Below, in pieces: positions 1 through 16,016 of a DNA stretch of 64,000 nucleotides. The translations under genes were made by a program, and so were the position numbers. Numbering within the stretch: the first letter of the stretch is position 1; each line of letters starts with the position of its first letter. Below the pieces are notes generated by a model. It did not search any database, was not told the DNA's origin, and saw only the letters and a list, made by a program, of their open reading frames with translations. Source of the DNA: the human T2T-CHM13v2.0 reference genome, Homo sapiens. The DNA lies in the NCBI RefSeq assembly GCF_009914755.1, contig NC_060938.1. One strand, 5' to 3'.

Positions 1-414
1 CTGTGTGCCAGGTCCTGTGTGTGATATTGGGCGCTGTCTCCTTGAAGGGTGGTCGCTGTAGAATGGGGGCTAGAAAGATGTTTATGGGGATGATTGTGAG
101 AACTGAGCATTGTAGGGGAAGACTGGGCCACCCTCACTGCCTAGGGGGTGGGGTGGGGCAGGGAAGGCAGTGCAGGGGGTGGTTTGCGTCTTACAGGAAG
201 GGAGTCTCCTCTCCAGACAGGTCTTACCTCTGGAGCTCTCCAGGCAGATGCTGGAAGTGGCAGTGCCCAGAGTGTGTGGGTCTTGGAGTGCCAGAGTGTG
301 GGAACACAGAGGGGCAGCAGGGGAGGGTGGAAGACACACAGGAGAGCTTGGCTGGGGCCTGCAGATGGGCTGGGGGCCACATGGAGCGCAGGTGGACTTT
401 GCTGCTTCCTAGCC

Positions 415-580
415 TGCCTGCTGAGTTACTGAAGCTCTTGGTCTTGGTTTCCTTATCTGTGAAATGGGACAATCCTACTTTCGCTTCTGTCATAGGGCTG
501 CTGCAGGATGAAATGACAGTAGGAGGAAAGCCCCTGATTGGTGCTTGGCATACAGAGCCTAGTCAACAAGCATCGGTTCC
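415..580 (+). mobile_element. MIR SINE fragment
   Basis: MIR core-like ggtttccttatctgtgaaatgggacaat...catagggctgctgcaggatgaaatga. Confidence 0.6.
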
Positions 581-609
581 TTCCTAGATGCAGTCTCAGT
601 AGCAGTGGC

Positions 610-790
610 CAGGTATTGAGCACCTACTGCATGCCAAGCGCTGGGCTGAAGGCCTTGCACTGACTCTCTGTTAGGTATTTTTATTCCCATTTTATAGCTG
701 AGAAACTTGTTAGAGGGTAAAGCAGTTGCTCAGGGTCACACATAGAGAGAGGCAGAGAGAAGATCTGACACCAGGCTGTTGCTCCCAAGG
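610..790 (-). mobile_element. MIR SINE fragment
   Basis: tattgagcacctact...attcccattttatagctgagaaact...gttgctcagggtcacaca (reverse MIR core). Confidence 0.65.
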
Positions 791-2604
791 GCTTCCTTTC
801 AGCAGTGCAGGGGCTGGGAGGTGCCAGGAGGAGCAGGAACATGGAGAGGGCCAGCTTTGACTGTGGCCAGAGCCATGCTTGAGCTCTTCTTTTGGAGGGA
901 TGGGCTTGGGTTGCAGAGGGTCTTACAGGGAGAGTGTGCTTATCACACTGCTCCTGGATGGACTGATGAATTGAACACTTCCTGAGCACCTGTTTTGTGG
1001 CTAGCCCTCTGCTGAGGGTGCACACATTCCCTCAGCCACAAAGCCAGTATTTAGTGAGCACCTACTGCATGCCATGTGGTCCACCAGGCCTTGGGTAGAT
1101 GGTGGTGTACCAGAGGCAGGGGTCTTCACCCTGGGGGAGCTCCCAGGCTGGCAGGGAAAGAAGGAAAGAAAAAGATCACACATCTAGCATTGTGGATAAG
1201 CAACATTTCAGCACTGAAATAGTGGGTCTATGTTATTAACATTTTATATGCTAGGCTCTCCCACACAAAACCAGATCAGAACCCTCTCTCTTGCCCCTGA
1301 ACTGCATAGGTTTCAAAGGTGATCTGTCCCCTTGTATCTCGACCTGTTGCTCAGGAACCATTCCCATCAGTTTAATTTCTTTTTCCTTTTAATCCTGTGG
1401 CTGGCAGGATGTTGCAGGGGCAGTAATTTAATAAAAGTATGCAGTTTGTAAAGCAGCTGCTATTCTGTGTACTAAGCACATTTGCCAACCTTTTCAGGGA
1501 AACCTCCAAGCTGTTCTTGGAACTTAGCGATATTGCAGGAAAAAAAACATTCTATTTAATAACATTTCATCCTTTGGGTTCTGCAGCTAATAGAAGCATA
1601 AATGGAGGCCATGTCTGAAAGCCATTTCTTTATGTGATTCAGAGAATCAGGACATAGCAATTACACAGTGTATGGGATTTATGGAAACATTCATGCCTAA
1701 CAAGAAGAAAACAGCTCAGTAAGTTATTTAATTTGAAGTCACAGGCCCGCTGACTGGTTCCCCACCCAGACCTACCGCACTGCTCGGCAGGCCCCAGGCG
1801 CTCGCACACAGGTGCCCACTGCTCCCTGTCTCTCTGAGTCCTGCCCGGCTGCAGGTGGAAACCTGGGCCTGCTCTGTGGGGTGTGTTCACACCTTAGGCC
1901 AGGGCAAGGTGGAGCTGGGTTTGAATATTGCTCTTCTGACTCCAAGCCTGTCTTTCCTCACCACTGCATATAACAGCCTCATTAGGTTTGTAATACGTGG
2001 CAGCTGCATGATCTGCTGGGTAAGAGACACACATTTAGAAAAATTTATGTGCCACATGCTTTTCCTTTCTTTATTTCTCTTTCCCCTGAACTGAGATAAA
2101 AAGGAGAGTCACACACAAGCAGATGTCAGAATGACTGCCTTGCTTCGCCCCATCTACTGGAAAAGCCACCGACTGAATTCTTCCTAACACCGTTTCTGTT
2201 TATGGCAGATATAGGGTGGGGGTGGGGGGCAGGGCCCTCCATTCTCTGCTTTCCGTGCTAGCCGAAGCCTTAATTCAAAAACAAATTGAGTCCTTCAGCT
2301 GTCACTCGATTGTTCCCTCTGATTTTGGGGGATAAATATCATTGCTGCAGCCTCATGTCTCCTCTCTCTCCTTTTCCCCAAAGCTTTTCCCCTTTTATTT
2401 TCTCTCTCTGCCCAGAACTCAACATATCTCTGACAAAAGCATGCATTATTTAGAGCCTGTCGCCTCTTGAAGTTCTTTAATTACAGAATTAAACCAAAGT
2501 AATGACAGTTTAATTTGTTCTTTCATTAATTGGGAGCGCTCCGGGCTGATGTGAAATGAGCGCATTTGGAAGGCATGAGGAATATGTACTGAGTGATTGG
2601 AGCA

Positions 2605-2830
2605 TGAGTAATAATAATTGCTGTCGTTTAGTGCCGGGCGCTGGCTAGGTGCTCCTCATGCATATTCTCTGTTAATGCTCCCTGCAACCTTGAGGAGGAG
2701 ATACCACCTTCTCTGTTTTGCGGCTTAGGATCTTGAGGCTCAGAGAGGTGAACCAACAGCCACCTGTCAGCCAGAGGAAGAGCCAGGCCTAGACACCAGG
2801 AGCCCAGCCCCAGAGCCTTATCCTGTCCAT
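2605..2830 (-). mobile_element. MIR SINE
   Basis: ttaatgctccctgcaaccttgagg...tgaggctcagagaggtgaa. Confidence 0.55.
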
Positions 2831-4848
2831 AGCCCCACTTGGCCTTGAGACCAGCAGCTGTGGCCTCAGGATTCTGCAAGGGGTGGCCCACAGGAAGATG
2901 GGCACACCTGGCGGGGCATGCCTGAGAAGGACTAAGTTGTGTCTGGCTGAATTTGAGGCTGAGAGGAAACATTTGAACCCGTGAAAATGGAAGGAAATTG
3001 GCGGTCAGAGGGAGCTGAAGCCTCACTGGTGCTGATGGAAATTTTGCTACTTCGAAGGTAGCAGTTTGTCCTCCCGGGAGCCCTGCAGCCACTGAGGGGC
3101 ATGCCTGCGAGTGCATCCGTGCCACTTAGTTGTGGGTCAGGGAGGCTGCTGCAGGGAACCGCAGGATGGACATCTCTAAAGCATATAGTGAAGGGTAGAA
3201 TCCAGGTGTATGGGGCCCCGTCAGGCCTGCTGGTCCCCCTTACCCTAGCTAAGGCCCATGCCAGAGCTGCTACCTTTCCATGGACACGTCTGGGTCCAGG
3301 TGACTTCCTTCTTGCACTGGCCCCAGGCCCCAGGCCCCACCGTACCTGGCAGATGAAGTGCCTCTGATGCCCCTCCGTGGCCTGCAGAAGTTCTGGGTTG
3401 GGCCTTTGGTTTCAGGCCCCTGGGACTATACAGAGGGTGGATGGTTGGTGCATTCACAGTACTAGTGGCTCATCTGGAGGGCTGTGTCTAGAAGGAGGCA
3501 GCGGCGAAACAGCTCATCGTCCTCCTCACGTCCTTAGGGACTTGAGCCTGGTGTGTACCGACACTGCGCTCTCTTGGCAGCAGGCAGTGAGGGACAGGAG
3601 AAGAACCAAAGTTGATAGTGCCTTCTGTGGCACCTTCTACTTCGTCACTTTAATTCCCTTTAAGCTTCCCCACCACTCTGGAAAGTGGGAAGATTAGCCC
3701 CGTTTTCTAGCTGTTGAAATGAAAGCTCAGAGACAATGGTCATTTACCCAGGCCACATGGATTGAAGGGGCAGAACAGAGTTAGGATTCAGGGGTGTCTG
3801 ACCCTGAAGTCCCCCATGGAACTGGGCCTCCGTGTTCTTGCTGTCACCCCATATCCCCACCAGGCACCCTCTCACTCACTCTGTTCACATCTCCCAGCAA
3901 CCTCAGAGTTTTACCCTATGAGTTCTCAGACAAAACTTTAGAATTTATTATCAATGCATTTCTCTGCAGCAAAGTCTGGATGAATTTAAGATTAGGGGAT
4001 TCGGTTACACTTTATTACTGTTTGTCATTAAAAATCATGCAAATAAGCCATGGAATAAAGTAACTTGTGTTGTTTTGGACACCAGATTTACATGTTTACT
4101 GGAAGAAAAATGATGCTGAACTCCTTCAAGGTGGTAATAAAATTTTGCCTCAGAGCCTTAGCTTTGTTGGTCTTTTTCTATAATTTACTCCACAACTTCC
4201 AAAAAATATTTTAAACTAGTTTATCATAAAAACTCACACCAAGGGTTTCAAAACATCCTTTTGTAAAGGTGAAAAGAAGACTGAGAAGCTGCATAGGCTG
4301 CAGGCTGGGAGTGGAGAAGGAAAGACCTGCTGCAGCCATGTGACTCAGGGGCCTGAGAGGTGAATCAAAGCCTCCTTGTTGCCAGGGCTGAGACGGGGAC
4401 AGGATGGCTTCTAGGCTTCCTGTCTTTGGATTTTAGTAGGAAGTTTCCAGGCTTTTGTTCTGAAACCCCCAGGTTGCTTCATTTAGCTTCCGACCTCCCT
4501 GTAGGAGGAGGTGGGCACAGAACGTGTTTGGAAGCGTCTGGGAGAATAAGGACCAGGCTAGAAAGAACCTTTGTTCTACCCTGACTCAGGCATCGGCCAT
4601 CCTTTCAGAGCCCATTTCCACCACAGTTGGAAGAAGTAGTTGGGGTTTAGAACCCTGTGATTCCAACCCATGCTGCCCCTCCAAGAAGACACGGGGCGAG
4701 GCCCGGCCATACCAGTGTTGAGGTAAAGGATCTGAGGCTGGCCATCCTGGTAGATGAAAAGAGGGTTCAACCCAGGATGACCCCAAGCCTTTGGGTTAAC
4801 TGCTGAGTTTGGTGTTTGCCCCAGATATTATACCCCCTGACTGTTTCA

Positions 4849-5348
<500 letters not shown>

Positions 5349-6663
5349 TCACAACACATGGTAAGTAACACAATACCAATCATAATTCACTTCAAAAACA
5401 GCAGCTTGAAATTAATCAGCAGTTGTGTTGTTTCTTAGAAATATCAGAAGCCACACGCTGTGTCTGAAAGCTTGTGAGTAAGAATGAGGAGGAGTGACAG
5501 GCAGATCAGCCAACGATAGAGGGGCTTCTGTGATCTGGGCAGGTGTCGCTGGTCACTCCTGGCTCTGTGGGCGTGGTTATGTCCTAACCCTGTGAGTTCT
5601 TGCTGCTGTCAGCACCGCATGGATGCAGGGATTCCTGGCTGTTAGTTACATGGCCAAGCAGCTTCTGAAAATTATCGTCTGTGGCCACAGAAATCCTTGA
5701 CTAAGTGCTACGGAGTCATCATTATTATCCCATCACATGATTCTTCTTAATCCTTTAGAATCACTTGTTAAACTTTAATAGGTAAGATAATTTCATGCTC
5801 ATTGAAGTAATGTAATTATACAGACTAATTCAACGCTATTAGAAAATTTCTGGGCTCCATTTATAATAACAGCTAATGCATTCTAAGTACAGTTTGTTAG
5901 GGAACCTTGCATATTCAACCCAAAAGAACCCCAGGTTTGCGCGTGAGCTTGGATGCTGAGCAGTGTTGAGTGAACTGGAGCCTACTGGAAGCTGTTCCAT
6001 TTGTCCTTAGGTGACTTTTTTAGAAGTGATTAGACTTGGGGATTGTTTCTCAGAAATGGACTGGAGACCCATAAATCTACAACGATTTTATTTTTGGACA
6101 CCAACCTGGAGCCCACAAAGACAACTTCCCACGAGTTAGCAGCAGTGCTGGGCAGTAGGGGGGCACGTGTGCTGAGGCGTGGGCGTGCCAGCCTTGCAGT
6201 GGAGGAGGGGCTGCTCTTTGCCACGTGTCTGCAGCTCTCTTCCGGTCTCTGGCTTGAACAGACTGGGGAGCCTGAGGTCACATTTTACTTGTCTTTTGGG
6301 AGGGAGGTTGGGGTAATCTGGGGCAAGGGGCTCAGCCAGCTGCCACCCAGACTTGAGTGCTCTGTTTGGTGGCACCAGACATGGTGAGGTGGGTGGTATT
6401 GAGCAGGGTGGGGGAGGCAGCAAAAGCCAGGCCTACAGAATTACACTTCTGTGGCCTAATGATTTTCAAAAACCATTTGCGAGATTGAGGTAATGTATTT
6501 CCCAGACTTAAGCAATTTACTCCTTCCCACCGTGCTGAATCAGGCTGTTAAATCCTCTTGCTGTGTGCGTAGAGCTATTGGCACCAGGGAAAAATGGTCA
6601 AGTTCAAGGCCCCTGCCAAATCTGTGCTCTTTTCTTTGGAAAGTGATGAGTAACTGCACTTTA

Positions 6664-7035
<372 letters not shown>

Positions 7036-8699
7036 TCAGTAGGATCTCAGGAGAAACAATGTCTGCATAGAAAAATACTGTGGAAACTGCCAGCAGGTTG
7101 CAGGGCTTACCTGTGCTTGAGTGCAAGGATTAGATCCAGTGTCCCCTCTGTTCCTTTTCAGCATCTTACCCGTTGCCCAGGGTGGTGACACCTGGGCCCC
7201 AGGTGAGAAGCGCCCCAGAAAGAGAAGCACATGCATGCTGGCCGTGAGTCATGGGCCTGCTAACTTGCTTGTCCTGTAACCTTGGGCAACTTCCTTCCTA
7301 CTGGGAGCCCTAGTCTCTTCATCTGTATAGTGGCCCAGTTACACTATCTCAGAGGAGTGAGGGTCACTGCCAGGACTCCGTCACCTGCGTAAACACCTGG
7401 CAATGTGGGCATGTGGCAGTCTAGATAAACCATAGCCTTGTGGTGGTGATGGGGTCATTATAAAAATGCATTGTTTCTTTCACAACCAGGAAAACATTAC
7501 ACATAAAAGAACAGGGCAATGACTGGAGGTGGAAAAACAACGCAGCCTACCTAGCTGCATGGAGACCTATGGGAACATCCACTGGACCTTAACTTGGCTT
7601 ATGGGAGTCAGGAGGGCTTCCTGGCGGAAGGAGTGTCTCATGGGAGACAGGAGAGAAGAGTAGGAGCCAACCAGGTGGAGACAGAGGAATGTACTTCAAA
7701 CAGAGAGAAGGCATATGTAAGGCTGGAGGTTCAAGGAACAGAGTGAGTTTGGGAAACGCACCTAGAAAGTGGCGTGCAAGGACGATCGTGATGGGAGATG
7801 AGGCTGGGCAGGTGAGTGGGGCCTCCGGAGTCAGCCACTGACTTTCCCACTGTAGCTGTTTACAACCCCCTAAGCCCTTGGGATGTGCTTGGCAAGATAA
7901 GGCCTTATGGCTAGAAGGCTCGGAGAGCATCCTTTACTGGGCTTCTGGATGGAATTTTTGGAGCAAAGGGTTAGTACTCATTTTTATGCAAATTGAGAAA
8001 TCTTGATGAAAACGATCACTTCCATCCCAGCCCCATCAGGGAGGGCCAGGGAGAACCGTGGCTTCGATAATGGTATGGGCCTGTTGGAGCCTGGCTACAG
8101 GGCTGCCCCGGGAGGCCTCCTTTGGGAGCAGAGACAGCCTGGCACTGGCCTGTGGCGGTTGCCATGGCAGCAGGACATGAGCAACCTGACTTTCTGAGAG
8201 TGGTCACCTCTATTCCGGGGCCCTGCCCTGGCTGGCTGTTGCATTGGGGTGGGAGAGGCTGTCTCAGCTGGGTCTCTGGAAAAGCTGAGGTCAGGAGGCC
8301 TGTGCCCTGGGACATGGCTATGTATGACAGCCAGGACACTCTGCCTCCACCCAGACTGGGCCTTCAGAAGGAATTAAGTTGGAGGCCATTAAAACTAAAT
8401 CAGGTGATGCTTCCAGGAGCCCCCACTCAGTAACTGCTGAGAGCATCCCTGAGTCCCTGCACGTGCATGAAGCAGACAGAGTGATTTTAACGCAGCTCCT
8501 TGTCCTGGCTTAGGTGACGCCTCCCCTCACTTGTAGAGGTGGCACCATCATGCGGTCATAGGATGAGACGTCCCAGGTTCTGGCTCTCCCTGCCTCTGCT
8601 ATGGTGTGATCAGAAGGGGGCTGTCTCCTGCTGTTACGCCATGTGCCACGACACCCTGCCTTCTCCCCTGCTCCCCTTCTGCCTCACTCCCCTCTAATC

Positions 8700-9340
8700 C
8701 ACCTGTAAGTCCCAGTGATTCTTCTCTAAACTGGGCATTCAGTGCGTCCACAGTCCGGCGGCCCAGGCCTGCTCTCTCCCCTCTGCGCACCCTCTTCACT
8801 TGTCTCCTTGTGTTATTCTGGCCTTTCCTATAGCAGCTGGTATGCTCTTTAAAAACAAAAATCTGCTTATCACTTTGCTCCAATGCTTAAAAAACCATCC
8901 ATTTTACATGGAGGGAAAAATTCCAAACTTTTGCAAGTGTCTGCTGAGCCCTGGGTGACCTGCGTTTTGCCCACTCTTGTTGCTCTCCTCCTTCACATAG
9001 GGCTCCAGCCACACTGGCCGCCAGTCCCCCAGGCTGTGTGACTATGCCTTGCTCAGGCCCTCCCCACCTCACCCCTTCCTCTGGAGAAGCCTGCTGACCT
9101 CCCCAGTGGAAATCAAGGTGAATCTGTTCCACCTGCTATTGTCATCTCCTAGAGCCAGTTCTGTTCTTCACAGCACTGATCTGAGTGAGAAGAGCTGTTT
9201 GTTGCTTAATATCTTTCTCTTCCACTAGACTCTCATGAGCTATTTTGTTCTCTAGCAGTTCCAGCAGTGAGCAAATTTCTTGGCAGATAGCAGACTGGCA
9301 TAAATATCTGTTGAACAAACCCAGCGAGTGAATGAGAGTC
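8700..9340 (+). mobile_element. L2 LINE 3' fragment
   Basis: ggctccagccacactggcc...ctggagaagcctgctgacc...aaatatctgttgaa (L2 3' end pattern). Confidence 0.6.
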
Positions 9341-10006
9341 ACTCAGTCACTCTAAGCCTCTCTTTGCCCATCTGTAAAATGGAGATGACAGTTTCCCTGA
9401 CAACCTTGTGGGCTTGTGTGAGGGGCACATGAATGTGGAAAGTGATGCACAAAAATAAAGGTATAACATTATTACTACTCATTCTAACCAGGTCACAACC
9501 TCTTCTTCCCCGCAGTTATTGAGAGAGGGAGTATGTCTTAGGATAAGAGAGTAGGAGCAGTCCAGAGCCCCTCTTACTGTGTGCAGATTAAGCACACTGA
9601 GGAGGGAAGAGGCCTGTGGCTTGAGGAAAGATGTGACATGCAACCCCAAAAGCACTTCACAGTCCCTACAGGTGGGGCAGGTGTGAAAGAGCACCTAACA
9701 ACGTCAAAGCAGCTCAGGCTTTAGACCTCGGGTTCCAGCTGTGCGGGTCCACAAGAGAGTGCTGAGAAATTACAGAGAATGGGAGGGAGCTGGGAGACTA
9801 GAGGTGCCCAAGTGGAAAACCCATTTTCCAAGAGTGAAAAAAGGTAGTTTTGGAAGCCCCATGTACCATAGTGACTGAGTCGGGGAGGGACGCTTATACT
9901 AGAGAAAGAGAAAATAGACGCCAGGCAGGCAGTAGAATTCATGGCCTTGCAGGATTAAAAGACAGACATGCTTGCCAGGAGCCAGCGTTCATTCGCCAAA
10001 GCATTC

Positions 10007-10281
10007 TTTTTTTTTTTTTTTGAGACGAGGTCTCACTTTGTCACCCAGGCTGGAGTGCAGTGGTGCAATCATGGCTTACTGCAGCCTTGACTTCCTGGGC
10101 TCAGGTGATCCTCCCACCTCAGACACCCAAGTAGCTGGGTCTAGAGTTGTGTGCCACCGTAGTAGAGACAGGGTTTCTCCATGTTGCCCCAGGCTGGTCT
10201 CGAACTCCTGGGCTCAAACGATCTGCCCGCCTCAGCCACCCAAAGTGTTGGGATTACAGGCATCAGCCACCTTGCCTGGCT
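10007..10281 (-). mobile_element. Alu (AluJ-type) with deletion of the central A-rich linker
   Basis: Poly-T then gagacgaggtctcactttgtcacccaggctggagtgcag...aactcctgggctcaa. Confidence 0.9.
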
Positions 10282-10509
10282 CATTCATTCTTACGTGAGC
10301 TGTTAGACTTATAGGATCTGTGTGTATTGAGGCCAGAGGCTGAGTGTGTCTTGATTTGGAAAGGTGCTGACATTCAGAGCCTCAGGCCTTTAGAGCCTTG
10401 GTGATTCCATCCCATCCTTGTTTTACAGAAGAGCAGGAACCAGCCTAAGGTTCTTGTGGTGCCAGAGAGGTTCAGACTGTTCTTGAGAAGGTAAGAGAGA
10501 TAAAGAGGT

Positions 10510-10722
10510 CATACAGTCCAACTGGATGACCTATGGCTTGTTGAACAAGAGCACTCAACTCTGAGAATTAATTATTTACTCTCAGAATAGAGGAGGTCTC
10601 TCATGACTAAAGGATACTATACTTAGCATTCTTTTCCACAGCCTAATAATAAATAAATTGGGTAATGTTACAGAAGGGAGGTCCGCTTTCCAATCTGCTG
10701 ATGACCCAAAGCTAGGATAGCC
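10510..10722 (+). mobile_element. CR1/L3 LINE reverse-transcriptase remnant
   Basis: tctgctgatgacccaaagctagga reads SADDPKLG, resembling CR1 RT FADDTKLG. Confidence 0.5.
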
Positions 10723-10729
10723 ATTCTTT

Positions 10730-10990
10730 TGTCCACATGTTTGTCCATCTGTCCTTCTATCTGTCCATCATCCATCCAACTATCCATCCTCCATTAATCA
10801 CCCATCCCTTCATCTCATTCATTTATCCATCTATTTCATTCCATTCATTCATCCATCCATCCGTCCATCATCCATTCATAACCCATCCCTCCATGCCATT
10901 CATTCATTCATCCATTCCGTTCTGTTCCATTCCATTCCTTCATGTATCCATGCATTCCATCCATCCATCCATCCATTTATTCTATCTATG
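10730..10990 (+). repeat. Degenerate (TCCA/TTCA)n simple repeat at an L2 tail
   Basis: Repeated ccatccat/cattcatt seen directly. Confidence 0.9.
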
Positions 10991-12010
10991 CCGTCACTCA
11001 CTCAAGAGACATTGGGCTTCTAGTATATGCTAGACTCTGTTCAAGACACTGGGGGATATAGAAGCGAACAAAACAGATAATGAAGAGATAGTGTCCTTAC
11101 CCCCATGGAACTTACATTTTAGTGGGAGAAATAAACAACAAATAAGCAAATAAATAAATATGTTAGGAAGTAACATAAAGCTTTGAAGAAAAGTAGAGCT
11201 GGCTAAGATGAAGGGGAGTGATGAGAGCAGTGTTTAGATCGTGTGGTTCAGGGAACATCTCTCTGAGTAGAGACTTGAGGGAACCCAGCAGCTGGGTAGA
11301 GAAGAGCACCTGGACAGAGGAGTAGCAGGTGCCCAGGCCTTGAGGGGGAAGATGCTGGAGTGTGAGAGGCCAGGAGGCCAGTGCTGCTACAGTGGAGTCA
11401 GGGCAGGTGACACAAGATTTATTCCAGGTGTGATGGGAAGCCACTGGATAGTTTGTGGGGTGGGGGGCTATAACTCGACTCTGATGCAGAGGTCCAGTCT
11501 GGCTGCTGTGTGGCAGTAGATTGTAGGGCAAGAGTGGAAGCTGAGATACCAGTTTTTTGTTTTTTTCTAAAATGTTTTTACTGTGGTAAAATATACATAA
11601 AATGTACCATCTTAGACATTTTCAGCATACAGTTGAGTGGTATTAGATACATTCATAGTGTTGTGTGGCCATCACCACCATCCTCTCCATAATGCTTTCA
11701 TCCTGTGAAACTTGAGACATCGGTTTTGAGGCTGTTGCAGTGGTGCTGGGGAGAGAGGATGGTGCTCAGAGGATGGAGCCACAGAGGCAAGGAGAAGTGG
11801 TTGGGTTGACAGAGCTGACGAGTGAGGGGGAAGGGCATAAAGGAGGACCTCAGCACTTTGGACCATCAAATTAGGAGACAGGGATTCAGTGGGGAACTCA
11901 CCACGAGACAACCTAAAGGCTGGCAGTAGGAAGAGGGGTTAGTCTGGCTTTGCATTGTATTTCTCTGGAGTGCAGGACTAGGGCAGTGGGTTGGACCTTG
12001 AGGGGTATTG
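10990..12010 (-). mobile_element. L2 LINE fragment interrupted by an L1MB-like 3' fragment (~11565-11715)
   Basis: ccccatggaacttacattttagtgggaga; ggaggccagtgctgctacagtggagt; tggctgctgtgtggcagtagattgtagggcaagagtggaagc. Confidence 0.75.
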
Positions 12011-12049
12011 CAGGTGGGAGGTAGAAGAGCATTAGTGGTGCTGAAACCT

Positions 12050-12295
12050 GCACACTTTCGAGCCAGAGTGCCTTGGTCCAGGTGCCTGCCCCACCTCTCA
12101 CAGTATGGCCTGGGACAGGCAACCTCTCTATGCTTCAGTTTCCTCATCTGTAAAACAGACCTAATTTTCTACTTCATAGGGCTGTGGAGAGGATTGAGTT
12201 AATTCGGTTAACTCAGTTCACTCAACTAACTCAATTGTAAAGTGCTGAAAAGCATGTGTGGCATGTAGTAACATGCTCAATACATGATTATTGCT
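12050..12295 (+). mobile_element. MIR SINE
   Basis: gcttcagtttcctcatctgtaaaac...catagggctgtggagaggatt...gtaaagtgct. Confidence 0.8.
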
Positions 12296-12589
12296 ACCTG
12301 GAGGCGGTCCCAGAATAATGCCCTGGATTATGATGCTTTCAAATGTCCCGGATATGAAGTTCCAGATTATGATGCTTTCAAAAGGTGCACTGGCTCCTCC
12401 TGAGACCATTGTACTCCCACCATTGGACAGGCTCTGCACCTGCTGGGGGACTGGGCAGGCTGTGGAGGGATCTTCCCACTCTGCGAAGTGGGTGTAGCTG
12501 ATGGCCCCCAGAAGCCCCAGCCTCCAGCTCTCCACACTCTCTTCAGCCCCTTCTGTGATATGTCTCGCTCTTAATCCTTTTTGCTTTAA

Positions 12590-12795
12590 GAAAACTCTTC
12601 TTTGCCCTTTTACATCTTCTGTTGACATTTAAAATTCCTTCCCTTTGTTCTGACCTTATTGAATAGAGAGAATAATTTCTTGGAATTCTCTGTATAATGA
12701 ATGTTCAGGTACTTACAGATGCTGATCGAGTTTCTCCTCAACCTTTCCTTCGAGAGACCTTGCATCATTTGGTGTAGAAACACTTTAGGAAGCAC
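12590..12795 (-). mobile_element. CR1/L3 fragment
   Basis: Reverse strand resembles CR1 3' ORF2 (...ICKYLN...LFS...RTKG.NFK). Confidence 0.5.
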
Positions 12796-13209
12796 TTAGG
12801 AAGATGGTGTAAAATGAAAATGCTGCTGCTGTTCTTGCTGTTGCTGCAAATGTGAGCCCTTTGTAACCCAGATATCAGCTTGGGTACCCTGCCCTTAGAG
12901 ATGCAAATGAAATTGGCTCAAACTCCCATACCATGTATCCTACAAACCCTGAAGTGTTCCCAGGTTCTCTGCAAATTTTTGTGAAGCTGGTGGTGGTGGT
13001 GTTCAGTGGCTCACCCACAGAATAAATACTCTGATCCCCTCACTCTCCTAAACATTCCTACCAGAAGGCTGGGTGTGGAGAAGATTTTGACTGAGGTAAT
13101 GGGGTAATGGAGTATGTGTATGGCAGGTGTGAGGGTGGAGGTGAGGAGGTGGGGTGAAGTGTTACTTTTTAATTACTGCAAAACAGATGCTTAAAATTGA
13201 AAATTATGT

Positions 13210-15066
<1,857 letters not shown>

Positions 15067-15710
15067 CCCAGGCTGGAGTACTCAGCCTCCTGAATTTACT
15101 GTGTCTAGTATCCAAATAAAGATTACAAAACATGCAAAGAAGTAAAAAAAATATGAACCATGATGAGAAGAAAAATCAGTCAATAGATACAGATCCAGAA
15201 ATGGCACAGATGATACAATGAGTAGACAAGAACTGTTCAACCAACTATTATAAACATATTACATATGTGCAAAAAGGTAGAGACTAGCATGAGCTTATTA
15301 AGAAGAGACATGGGCGATACAAAAAAGATCCAAACTGGACTTCTAGAGATGAAACAAAGTCTTCAGTGAAAAACACAGTACATGGAATTAACAGCAGATC
15401 AGAAACTATAAAAGAGGTTAGCGAACTTGAAGTCATAGAAGCTATCCAAAGTGAAATACAGGGAACAAAAAGCTTGGGGGAAAAATGAACAGATCATCAG
15501 TGAGCTGTGGGACAACTTCAGGTTCACCCAATATATGTGAAAGTGGAGTCCTCAAAGAAGGGTAGAACAGAAAAAATATTTAAAGAAATAATGGCTGAAA
15601 CTTTTCTAAATTTGATGAAAATCATAAACCCATAGATTCAAGAATCTCAGTGAACCCCTGGCACAGGAAACATGAAGAAAAAAGTTCACCAAGGTATATT
15701 ATAATGAAGT

Positions 15711-16016
15711 TTCTTTTCTTTTCTTTTCTTTTTTTTTGAGACGGAGTCGCACTCTGTCTCCCAGGCTGAAATGCAGTGGTGTGATCTCGGGTCACTGCAA
15801 CCTCCGCCTCCCAGATTCAAGCGAATCTTCTGCCTAAGCCCCCAGGTAGCTGGGATTACAGTTGCCTGTCACCACGCCTAGCTAATTTGTATTTTTAATA
15901 GAGACAGGGTTTCACCATATAGGCCAGGCTGGTCTCGAACCTCTGACCTCAAGTGATACACCCACCTTGGCCTCCCAAAGTGCTGGGATTACAGGCGTGA
16001 GCCACCGCACTTGGCC
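15711..16016 (-). mobile_element. Alu (AluS-type)
   Basis: Reverse Alu; TSD TGAA(G/A)TTTCTT. Confidence 0.95.

Noticed and set aside
144-183. G-quadruplex-like G-runs (also ~2214-2235)
   Set aside because: Common in GC-rich introns, with nothing else pointing to function.
3-587. 194-aa ORF at the window start
   Set aside because: Non-ATG start, no recognisable domain, runs into a MIR; chance ORF in GC-rich intron.
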